Assembly: GCA_013115145.1 (NCBI GenBank)
Contig: JAAPAO010000129.1
Span: forward strand, 1 to 64,000
Reading direction: 5' to 3'
DNA length: 64,000 bases
Origin: Perkinsus chesapeaki ATCC PRA-425
Lineage: Eukaryota; Protista; Perkinsozoa
A model generated the notes under the pieces. That model made no database searches, was not told the DNA's origin, and saw nothing but the letters and a program-made list of their open reading frames with translations. This document shows, in pieces, positions 11,815-24,100 of this stretch (position 1 is the first letter of the stretch; the number at the start of each line of letters is the position of its first letter). Both the position numbers and the translations under genes were made by a program.

Positions 11815-14800
11815 ATGAAGGCAAGTGCTGAGAAGGCCACTAAGGATAAACCTGTCATTCCTGATAGTAGGCTGTGGTAGAGGGAACACTAGGTACCGCG
11901 GCGTGCCTTCAGAAAAACGATTGATGCATCTTCGCGAGAGCGCCGCTAAAAAGGTCGAGGAGCTTGCAGATGCTGCTCATATTGCGGAACAGAGAGGTAA
12001 GTGGGTATTAATTAGTGTACGCCTATCAGTGAGATAGAGATTAGTAGTGTGGTGTAATACCACGTTGAGTTTATACTATATATAATCACTGCTGTGTGCA
12101 AACGGTCTAATGCGTGTTGTCATCGCTATTAGTGTGGTTCATCAGTAATGTTTGTTGTCCCTCAGCTAAGGGCAAGAAAAAGGGAGGCTTTGACTTGGGT
12201 TTCCTGGCATTGAAAAAGCTGGCAAAGGACGACAAGAGCCGAAGTCTCTATGAACGGCTCGGCGGGGACCTCAGCCTTGAAACTGCTGTTGATATGGTTT
12301 ACTCCAAGGCGGTCAAGGACTATAGGACCAGGTTAGGGGTGCTGCCTATGAAGGTGATATGATAGGGTATACTTCAGAGCCTATTTCGAGAAGAACCCGC
12401 AAAAGATGGCTCAGATAAAGAAGAAAATGCAGCAGTTCTTAACGGGTTTTCTGGGTACGCAAGTCGAGTGGGCGGTGGTGTGTGAATGTCGTTGCTGTAG
12501 GTGGACGGACGCAGTATGATGAGGAGAACTTGAAGCCAGCTCATTACTATCTAAATGTTACTGATTATCACTTTGATGCTGTACATGAAATGTTTAAGGA
12601 GGCATTCCACAATATGGGCGTGAGTATACATACCATATTTCCGTCATATTTCCGGACTGACCTCCACCTTAGCGGTATATACGCTATTAAAGGCACCTCT
12701 CGACAGGTTCATCCCGATGCTATACGAGACGGTATGCAGAGGATAGGTCAGGCTAGGAAGGACATTACTGCCGGATGTAAGGGCAGCAGCCTTTGCTACT
12801 ACAGCCTAAAGGGGGCGTGGGGATAGGTACGGTACGGATGGCTGTGGCACGGAGGAATATAGAGTTTGATAAAGGGGTGTTGTGGAGGCGTCTGGGTGGG
12901 CTGGATGGGTTTCGATTGCTCATGGATAAGGTATATGAGCTTGTATTGAGGGATCCAAGGTTGAAGCTACTTTTTAAAGGTATATTGCGCAGTTACGGTT
13001 GTTATTGATATTGTGGTGTGATAGGCTATGATATTGAGAGGATTAAAAGGGCACAGACACTCTTTATTGGGGAGGCACTTGGGGCACCTAAGCAGTACCA
13101 AGGTAAAGCGGTGCTGAGGTTAAGGGCTACACTATGCTGATGCTGTAGGTGCGGACCTTGCTATGGTGCATAGAGACATGGGCCTAAATGATTATATATT
13201 AGACTGCTTCTTTATGAACTTCGGGAAGGCGCTTACCAGTAAGTGCCTTATCCAGTATATTGAGATATCATGGTTATGGTAGGCATGGGAGTTGATGATG
13301 ATACGCTTGACCAAGTTATGGTAACTCTTGAGGGCTTTAGATCTGGTAAGTATTGCAAGGAGGGAATGCCCACAGGTTTAGCATTGTGAGGGTGATGTCT
13401 CTTAAGGGTCTTAAATGGAGGTTTTCACATGAACAATAATGGTATATTATTATTGCAGTGTGAATTCATTACTACTGCATCGCGGCATTCATCGTGTATA
13501 CGGCAAGATTCATCACACTGCGCATTTGCTCTATCTCCTCTATTGTTGTTCTTGACGTAGTCTTTGTTGTTGTTGTGGCACTTCAAGCGGTGAGAAGTAA
13601 TCAACGTAATCATTGTGGCCTCCCAGTAATGGGTTGGGATTGGGTTCTGAGCTAAGGGAATAGATACGTCCTGAGAGAAGTGCAATTATTACAAATGAAC
13701 TCAAGCTAACAACGATACTGCAGTAGACAGCAATTGTGTGACAGCGGCATGCATTCTATTTAGTAATATTCGACATACAGTGTATAGAATAGTTAAGTTA
13801 GTAATGATCTTGTTATATCATCTTCACATTGCTCTAACAGTTGTTAGTATTATATCAGATATACTTGGGAGGCAAAGAGGTATATCCTCGGCAGCTAAGA
13901 TAGTGGATGGCAAGAGTATACTGGACAGGTGACTCTACAACGCTTAGTTACATTTATTTCCCAGCTTAAAGCATCTTCGTCCACTTTTCAGAGTCGGCGG
14001 TCAAATAGCAGTTGAGTCCATTGTTGAGACCATGTTCTCGGGCATACTGCGAGATCCCCGGGTGCTCTACTTCTTCACATTGAATGGTATGGTTATAGAC
14101 AAGCTCAAGGAGAATGTGGTAGAACTGACCGCCATGCCGCCGCCGCACCGTGCCGACTGCTACTGTGGCTGCTTGTAGGTGATGGTTTTGGTCGGCCTCT
14201 TTGGTGGCCCGCGTAAATACGATTTATCCAATATTAGTAAAGTCCATTATCCTATTAACATAACCGACTTTCATGTCGACTGCTTCCTTGAGAACCTCAC
14301 TGTTGCCTGCGTGCTGAATGAGTTGGATGAAGCGCTCACTGATGATATAGCAGAGGCTGTGGCGAAGGTCAGGCCTAGCATTACCATGGGTAGGATCTCT
14401 TTAGCAGTCATTTATTCTGCTGCCATGGCGCTCTCATTGCCTCTTGTTGAGATGAGTCTTATGATACCTCTCCCAGGTTGCACAGTAAGGTTGGAGTTGG
14501 CCAGGAAGCGCACAGAGTCGGCCGGCACGCAGGGCTTATGGGCTCAGATTGGGGAGCACCGTGGCCTCGAGACATTTATCGATCGCCTTTATGACTGCTT
14601 GCAGGATGATGATAGGGTTAAACACTTCTTTACCGGCTCTAAACTTGAGGAGCTCAAGAAAAATCAAGGTAAGGTCGGAGAACTGTAACCGTAAGATACG
14701 CCTGGCAGGTTCCTATTTGATGGAGATGTTTGGCGGCCCGAGTGACTACACCGGTCGGGACTTGCCTACGATACATGCCAATATAAGAGTATCCGATTTT

Positions 14801-17800
14801 CACTTCGACACGTTCCAGGAAATCGCCATGAGACAACTTCGAGGTCTCGGTCTCGATCCGGACGCCGTCGATGAATGTATGTTGATGTTGCAGTTGTTTG
14901 TTCTTGTTGAGCAGCCCTGGCATCCTCAGGCATGGTGCTGCTGGAGACTGTCAGGGACGATGTGGTGAATCCAGCTCTACGTGACCATGATGTGTTGAAA
15001 GTGCAGCAGGCCGCCAATCGCAAGCCTCTGTATGTTGAACGCCACTCTCACCGCTTGAAGTGTCGCGCAGAAACCCTAGCTCAACCTTCCGCTTCGAATC
15101 ACCACGAGGAAACACCGTAGAGCTGAAGGGCTGCGGTTGTTCGAAATTTTGTACGTAGTATTAAAAGTGAGTTGATTATAGGCTATTTCGGGAGTGATAC
15201 GGTTGACCATCCCAATCCTTTGAATCCTGTGATTCTACCCATATGCTCACAAGTCCTTACTCATCATCGGTATGTGATACTGCAGATATGATAGAATAGG
15301 CGGCGAACGTGCAGTTACACAGCTGGTTGATGAGCTGTATGGCAAGGCCTTGACAGATGACAGGCTTAGGAGCTTCTTTGAGAAGAATAAGGCAAAAGTA
15401 AGGGGGGGTGGGGCATAGCACCTTCGCTATGTACTCGTGACCATCTTACGGCTCACAATTCCTCTCCCACAGTGCTAAGCCAGTTTACGCTGTGACGCAA
15501 TGTTTCACGAGCGTTCATAGACGTTAAACGTCTGACGTTCTCTTTATGGCTCAACGCGACTACTTTCAGAGTCGTGCTGCTCCAGTGGGCTGCTTCGTAG
15601 CAAACTGTTTGAGTTTCTTCTTCTTCTTCTGCATAGGTTCAATCAATAAAGAAGAAGATGACTCAGTATATATGTGGGGCAGTTGGTGGGCCTTCAGCTT
15701 ATGATGTTGCCGATATGAAACCAGCCCATTACGCTATGAACATTACCAGCTTTCACTTCGATGCTGTTATAGAGATCCTTCGGGTTATCATGGGGCAAAT
15801 GGGCATGTCGACGTCCGATGCGGCGCAAGTGTCAAAGTAGGCTTCTTGGGGGCACCGCGTGGAGGTGGAGCTGCTGCTCTTCAGGGCATTACAGGGCGCG
15901 CGGGAAAGTGTATGCACCGGTTACATTGTACGCACTGAAGTGGCCAGGAGGAGCCTGGCTAAGGGCGCTGATCAGATGTTCCGGAGGTATCTAGGAAGTA
16001 CACTGAGTGTTCGAGGGGCTAGTGATTTCAGGCTTGGTGAATCGGAGGGCCTCACTAACATATTCAATATGGTCTTTAATATGGCTGTCAATGACCAAAG
16101 GATAAAGCACTTCTTTGAAAAGGATGTGGATAGGATAAAGCAAGGGAAGCTGACGTATATCATAAGCCAGCTTGGAGGGCCCAAGGCCTACGTCGGCCGG
16201 GACCTGCTGGATATTCATAGGGATCTCGGGGTAGTGATAAGGGACCTGCTGAAGAAGATGATGACGTAGTTGTTCAGGTTACTGACTACCACTTTGACTG
16301 TTTCATTGGTATATTCGGTAGAGCATTGCAAGGGGCTGGAATCGACGATGGCACCATTGATGAGGCCCTTATCACCTTGGAGCCACTCAGACGGTCAATA
16401 TTAGGAAGAACAGAGGAGGACGAGTAACAAGACAGACAGAGCTACATCTGCGTTCGACTTGTGGAAGAGCACTATACATAGGAATGGACAGTCTCGCCCG
16501 ATGAGATGGGATCCTTTATTTCTCTTCGTTTTCCTGTAGTTCAATACGTGCCACTGGTGTAGCCCAACCTTAGTAACGTACAGAGCTCCGTTTGGAATTG
16601 AATGACTCGCCGCTGTTCAACCTCGGCATGTATGAGGCATCCTGCCAGGTTCCGCGCCCTTGCCTTTAAAGACGGTGAATCTATGATAGAAAGAATCGGA
16701 GGTTAGGCTACTATTGTCGTTCCCTATGCGCATGCTGCCGTATAGGGGACATGAATTTGGAGACGTTCGTGGAGTTCACATTCCAGTTGGCAGTGAAAGA
16801 CGATCGTATACGTTATTACTTCGACAAGAGCCGGTCTAAAGTGAATCAGATAGAGAAGAAATTCTATCAGTATTTATCTGGAGTATTTGGAGGACCGGTA
16901 AGAAGGAGGACCACGGCAATTTCGCGGCGCGTGACTCGCAGTGTCGGCCCCTCAGGTCCAGTATAACAGCGCAGATTTGAAACCAGCTCACTACGATATG
17001 AATCTGACTAACTTCCATTTCGATGCCTTCCTGGAGGCAATGGCGGCCGCAGCGGTACAGATGGAGCTTTCGGAGGATGTTGCTGATGATGCTATAGTTA
17101 TAGTTAATAGAGTTCGAACAGATGTTACCACAGGTAAGCTTACTCATTTCTACCAAGTTTTCATGTTGATACCTCTTTGCCGACGATCCTTTGTCGAACC
17201 AACTTGGTTGATTGATCCTCCGTAGTGGTGTCTTCAACGCTGACCTCATCTGGTCCTTTCTCTCATCATCTGTAGCCGAGGGCGGCGCTAACTGTGTACA
17301 TTTCCGTCTCACTCACAGTTGCAGCAATTCACTTAGCTCCTAGGGCTCTCCCTCTAGGTTATTCTATTCGGCATGAAGTAGCGACAAGGCGAACGCACGG
17401 TATGGGTGAAACGCTTTATCAAAGATTAGGTGGAACCGACGGTCTCACAGACTTTGTGAGCCGGTAAGACTATCGATGCCCGCTCTTTGGTGAGTAGAAG
17501 TGGTCGTAGACTTTACGAAGTGGTCGAGCGAGACAAACGCATTAATAACTTCTTTGGAGCTGCCAAGCTAGCTGTTGTAAGGAAAGGACAGACGGAGTTC
17601 CTTGCACAAGTAAGCTGATGCCCATAATACAGATCAATTGCCGAGAGTTGCCTAGGCTCTTGGGGGTTCTGAAATGGAGTACAAAGGGAGAAGTCTAGAG
17701 GAGATACACTCGGTATGGATCAGCAGTTCCGTTACCTTAGGCTTTCGCTGCATACATTGGTGGCTTCGTGTAGGTATTGTCGATGACAGACTACCATCTC

Positions 17801-18002
17801 GATTCTTTCTTAAATGATGTGGCACGGGCATTAAAGTGAGCACTGATCTCGCCGCGTTGCTGCAGTAGTGTGATGTTATGTATTCGACTTCAGGGATCTC
17901 GGACAAGACGATGAGACCGTTGATGAGGTTATCGTTAGCCTGGAGCAACTGCGAGGTCAGATCCTCAAGACCTACTACGTTCGAATGGGCTATCAAGTGT
18001 GA
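11815..18002 (+). CDS. Multidomain truncated (2/2, group I-like) haemoglobin with eight tandem globin domains
   Basis: Eight repeats of L[YW]xRLGG...D.R...FF...GGP..Y....H.....D[YF]HFD, joined in frame across GT-AG introns, ending ...EQLRGQILKTYYVRMGYQV*. Start is uncertain (ATG at 11815 or 11924). Confidence 0.88.
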
Positions 18003-18159
18003 CTACCTTGAACAAGGCTTCAGCCTACCTTCATTGCATTCATCACATGCCTTTGTTGTTGTCTAACTGGGAAAGGTTATTGTGTTGTCAATAAAGCTGT
18101 AATTTAATCGTACCGTTGCAGTGATTTGCAGATAATAGCAATAGGTCATTTCTCCAATA

Positions 18160-21100
18160 CAGGACAGCTTAGCTTCCTGCCTCTCTTGCGGTGTTTTACC
18201 GTTGTATTGCTTGGAGTAGTGCCCTATAGGGTGGCTTCAGCCGTAAGCAGCCGAAGCATCACATACCCTACTACTGGGGCCGCCTTGTAGATTGTATACT
18301 CCTCGCTTTCCGCTAGTCCAGCCAGCCCCTTTGCGGGTACACTATTCAACATTACTCTAGCCGGCACAGGCTTTACTGCCGCTAACAGTCTGGCTATAGT
18401 TAAAGGTAACACCAACCGGTGAATGGCAGCCTATACCATTATCATTAGCTTCGACAGCATCTTGCAATGATCCTGGACGTATGATATTCACCAACTCCCT
18501 ATGTATGTCTGAGGGATTTCCTCAGCAGTGCAAGTCTCATGCCAGGTTCAGCCTCAGCAGCAGGCCTTGTCTGCCCAGATTTCACAATCTATATGACTGG
18601 CACCTACACAGTCTGCGTATGCCCCTGGTCGACATGTGAGCCGCCGCTCAAGTGTGTTCCACTAACCTGGCGTTACCCCCTTCTCAGGCGTTACAGGCTC
18701 AGCAGCATACAACGGGTCTCTGCCAAGCTCTATGTTTTTCAAGACCTTCACAGTCTCGGGTCCCATGTGAGCTACTCGGCATTGCTGGTATCATGCATTC
18801 CCCCTCCTCAGTCCATCCGATAGTGAGAGTACCATAGTCGCTGGCGATACCGGTACCATTCTACTATCGGGAACGGGCTTCCAAGCGGCCGATAGGATCA
18901 AGCTGGTCAGCTGGCATAGTGGACTTAATAGCAGCTTCACATCTGACAGGTCTTCCCGACGACCGTTTCGGATTCCCAACCTTGCTCTGATGGAGTTGAT
19001 TATTTGAACGCCACTGCAGGCCTGGACAGTCTCTCCCCTTCTAGCGCAGGTTAGCCTTGTTGGTTCACTCTACTGGGATGATGGTTACTTTTAGGGTCCT
19101 CAACGTTGAGGTGGAACAATGTACTTGCGATAAAGCCAGCAGTGTTAAATGTATGCTATTGCTCGCCAGCTGCTGGGATGATGTGTAAGCAGTCTTCGTT
19201 GTCCGCTTGCTCACTTGTTGATGTTGCTCACCATCTCGAGGAGTAGTCCTGATTCGTCCCTTAGGCACTGTCTACGGCGGAACCCTCACGGTCCTCGGGC
19301 CAACTCCGGGCCAAACACAGTCAGCAGCTCTATCTGCTGGACTCTATAGTGATTTGAGAATACAAGGCACGGGACTAAGTAAGGAGACTTTGTATACCTC
19401 CCGCTGAGGTTGCCGCCGGTCCAACTCGCCTGATTAGGTACACTTAGTCGGATAAAGGTATTACCTTCTACACAGCTATGTGGTAGCTCTGTATCCGACA
19501 CCCCAAGTCTTCTCTCCATACCGACTTTCCCTCAACTTGCCGATGATGGTTCCGTAGTTTATAACAGTAAGGGAGTTTATGCCGTCCTTCCAGCAGTGCC
19601 CTCTTCCTCTGTCAGATACTCTCTTTGGGGCGCCTGGCTTCTATAGATTGTGTTGGTGTGGTAAGATGACCATGCCCGAGTGTAAGTTACAGAATCCTTA
19701 AGTCACTCGCCAACTCCACTGTAGGCCGTATATGTTGCGAATCACCATGGGACTTCACCGTAGAGGCAGGCCTAGTGGACGTTACTGGACCGTTTGGAAA
19801 CGTCATCATCAGCCCTCCCCAGGGGCTTGGCTCTCCCTTCGACATAGCGATAAGGGGCACTGGCCTTGCAGATGGTGACCGACTGCGCATAATCGCTTTT
19901 TCTCAACAATGTAGGTATCGTTATTAACTGTTTGTGCTCCACCTCTTCTCGCAGGTTCGATAACTGATAGCCAATCCAATGACGCAGGGTTAATAGTGCC
20001 CCCACTAGGACCACGCTCCAGCGGCAACAGTAACATCACAGCAGTCCCTGCCAACAGCTCCCTGCTCACATTCCCAGGCACTGATTCGGTGTGGTCCGGT
20101 GTGGTTATTGGCGTCCCCGGCAACTACAGGACATGTTACTGTGCCTCTCTTGGGGATGATTGTACAGCCTTCCCTGTCAGTGTTGGTAGGCCAGGCCATC
20201 GTCGCACCAGGATGGGCATTCACTCTTCAACAGGCATCATCAACTCCAACAGCGGCCCTCTTGCAACACTCCCATTATCTACAACTAAGCTGACTGCCGG
20301 GGAGCTCTTCGCTGTTCAAGTGCAGCACCGTGGTGTGTCTCTGGAGTCGAAGGCCATGCGTATTAGAATAGTGAGTGCCATCATACTCAATGCTGTCCAC
20401 CATGTCATTGTTGAATGCCAGGTATCTGCCTCTGTGGCGTGTGGTAGGCTTGGTGCAAGCTCCAACCATGTTTCGGTAAGGGCCAGGGCGGACACCGGTA
20501 CCGGTTCGCTAGTATGGCCACCTAACATCTGGTTAGCGGCACCTTCGTTGAGTAAACCTCCTGTGAGGTGGCTGTGTATTTTCCCAGCACACTGTTGCGA
20601 TGGATTTCCTGAGCTTAACACTGGGAACCCTCGCCGATAGAAGCGTGCGCGGCTGGTCTTACCAGCCTCGTCATTACAAGTAGATCGACCGTTCCCGAAA
20701 CTTTCTCGAGAACTGCTTTGATGTCCGGTCCATGCAGACGACACTGTGCCAAGTTGTATATTCCAGCTGCACGCGCCATGGGACGTGCCTTCCCCCCTTC
20801 AGGTCCCCTCGACTATATGTGATTCCGGTGCCTGTTCGACTACCTCTGTGCTGCAAGGGGCTGCCACTCGTCTTGTTGGGAATGATAAGGACATACTGGA
20901 GTGGTCTAGGGTTACTGTAACAGGATCTGGCCTCTATAAGATATGTACGGTACACTGGCGAGACCGCCATCCGAGGGCCCTCGGTCAGGTACCTGCCCTG
21001 ATGGGCCGTGCTCTGAGGACGCTCACTTCCTGGTGGAGTCTGGTCGCTTCACCGTAGTCGGTGTGGCTGACAGTAGCCAGGAGTTTGTCTGTAGCGCTTA

Positions 21101-24100
21101 CTCGGCTGATTGCACTATTAGGATAGGTATGGATGATGAAGCTGCCTTGGATGACGGTAAGCTATGCAGCATTACCGCCGCCGCTACCTTCATAGGGAGT
21201 GCCTCAGGAAGTGGCGGCCTTATAATTCTACCATCATGGGGCATATGTGGTAGCGATGAGCCCATCTTAAACACGGTGTTCAGTAGGGGGACTACACTAT
21301 CAGGCACCAGGCAGGATCAGACATCGCCACTGTTGATGTGAGACTGGGCTATTAGGTACTCATCCCAGACGGTACAGTTCGAGGCCGGCATACCACAGCA
21401 AGTTGGCATATTCAACCTATGCTGGTGTCCAGGAAGCTCTGCTACATGCACAGAGCTGTCAGACTACCTGGTCCCTGCTGGGACGCTCAAGTCCAAGGGT
21501 CTCACTTCACATACTTCCACTCAAGTAACGCAGCCTCGCCCTCCCTTTCCTTTACCCTCGGTGGTAGGTCTGCTACCTTCGAGTTGCCTGCAGACTTTTC
21601 GTATCGGGCGATGTGACGGTGTCAGATCGGATAATTGCGATCGACTCCAGCACCGGTCGTTGTGGGCGAATAGGCACACGTGAGAGATTGGCAGTGCCCG
21701 TCTGAGGTCATTGTCCTGTCTCAGGCACATATGGAACGCATGACAACACCTTTGATAGTCCGGCTAATGGTGGGTTGTTCATCGACGGTCAAAGTTACTT
21801 TGGTGCGTCTGCCCTCAACTCCGAGACCAACACTATAACCGTGTCTCTGGGGGTACACTACAGCCCGACGCTACTAGACATTTATGAACCTTATGCCTCA
21901 GACTCCTCGAGTGTTTGGCAGCTATAAGCTCTGCCACTGTGATGGTGTTAGTGATGACTGCGGCAGCGCTGATGACTTCTTCAGCAATGCCGGCCGTATA
22001 GTCATCCGGGGGCCATCATTCGGTAAGTCATTTCCTCTGTGGTGTGATGCTACCTGGACGACGACCTTTAGGTGATTCTGTATGGCCCTGTGATCAAGGC
22101 ATGTCTTGTCTTCTGGATATAACTGCTGATGGATTTGCAGAGAGTGATGGGGTATTGTTGATAAACGAGAACGAAGACTGTGGGCTGCTGAGGACTCCGG
22201 TATGCTATTACCATTGAAGGCCGCCGCTACTGCTGCCGTTCAGAATTCATCACCGAGCTACCTTGGCACAATTGATGCCCTTAACGCAGAGCAAACACAG
22301 GCCACCTTCATAGTCAGTGAAATAGAGTGGCCAGGTCGATACAAGGTTAGAATCACACTAACACTCGTTAGCCTTAGCCTTGGAGTTCATCAGGTCTGCT
22401 ACTGTGCGTTTGTCAGCAGCACCAGTGGAAGACTGTGTGATGGGTCTGCCGGCATGGTGGGTCTCAGTCGGCTTCCAAGTCACCTCACAATTTATCTCCT
22501 CAGGAGCACTTTGAAGCCCCTATTGGTACTGTCGTTGTAGCCGGTCGTATTTCGGAAATCAGCATCAGACAGGCTCCTTTCAGTAAGCTTTGTTACCCAT
22601 CCGTGGTGGCCCAGTCAATGCTCCCTAGGTACCGCTCAAGTTGCCTCCATAGGAGTGTATGCCATTACCTCGGGCGGCTCGGTGGTGTGTTCGGCCCTAG
22701 CCGGACCTACCGTCAACGGAACCGTTCCCACTCATGCCGAAATTCGCTTTGCATGTGAGGATGTCGATGGACTAGGAGGTAGGCCGCCTGTCTTCGGTGA
22801 TGGGAAGCCATATTTTAGGTGTGACGTGTCTCGGAGTTCATCAGCCCAGTGACTCGCTCATCGCTGGCCTCAACTTGGTAGAGTGTATTGTGTCATTGTC
22901 CCCTCCCCAATGGCAGCTTGTAAGGTTCACATACCCTTACTGGCGGCGCAAAACTTGACAACAGCCCATGTCTGGTGCTTCCACACTCAGCAGTGCCCGG
23001 ACACCGAGGAACAATGCTCAGCTCTCCCACTTAACGGGGAGGGTGTCAGAGTGCCACTTCAACCTGGGATAAGTAGGGCTTGCTCAGTAAGAGGTCCGGC
23101 CGTGATGCCGTGTACAGGTACACAGCGGCAAGAGTTCGAGGCGATCATCCAGGTGTCTCTGTCCATCTATGTACCCTTCAGTGGCCTGCATCAGAGCAAC
23201 TATGGTAAATATGGATGGGGTAAGCTATGCGACCCTATGCCTCCTTGTTTGTAGGTACACGAGATTGGGCTAGACTCAAGATCGGCTACGAGGAGGACTG
23301 TAAGCCTTTGACCCACCGCGCGGCACTGATCGCGAAATCAGGTGGTGGCTCCCTGGCAACCTCTGTACTCGGCCTCAGCTGTGCGAACGCTGTCATCTGT
23401 CTCACCCCTCCAACAAGTATGAGCCTTCTCGGAATGACTTGGTCAAATATCACCATCACTCGAGTGGGAAGCATGGCCGCATGGGCAGTATAAAGTTCAG
23501 TATCATTCAGGCCACCCCAGCTGGTGTAGAAGAAGGAATGCATGTTTGCTACTGTGACAGACTAAGGCTCGCAACTGGTGCTTGCTATGACTGGATCAAC
23601 ATAGGTATAAGGGTCAAGCGGAATTCTATATCATCGCGGATACCTCCTGCCTATCTAGGTTCAATCACCATTGGAGGCCCTGTAGTGGATCCCACAGCGC
23701 AGCCCTTAGTCACGAATCCAGTAGAGCTCACCACCAGTCTCATCATCACCGGCCGTATGCTGGACCCAGACAACCGTATCCTCCTCGTGGATGAGGCGTC
23801 TTCCTGTGGCCTACCGCCATCGAACGGCTCCTTCGCCGCCGGTAGCGCCACACGGGTTTCGCGTATCTTTCAAGACTGCTGTCTGTCAGGCCTAGCCTTC
23901 CTCGAGGTCCACGCTATGAGCAACCTCTCTGACGGAACCCAGTCCCAAGAGTTCCGTCTACCCCAGCTGACCGCGTTGGGACTGTACCGTGCCTGTTGGT
24001 GCGGCACAGCTCCGTGCGACGCCGCATTCCTCTTTCCAGTTCAAGTTGGTCGAGTCCTGGTAGAGCAGAGGATCGACTGTGCTGTTGGCAGCTGGTGGGC

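Noticed and set aside
15437-15458. GTGACCATCTTACGGCTCACAA in a globin intron resembles the Perkinsus spliced leader (ACCGTAGCCATCTTGGCTCAAG)
   Set aside because: It needs several indels and mismatches and is not upstream of a start codon; chance similarity is likely. I found no exact SL or SL-RNA gene.
16420-16430. Apparent TAA stop splitting the globin gene in two
   Set aside because: GA|gtaac...ccag|G splicing restores the frame (TEEDE|FRALAFKDG), so a single gene is preferred pending cDNA.
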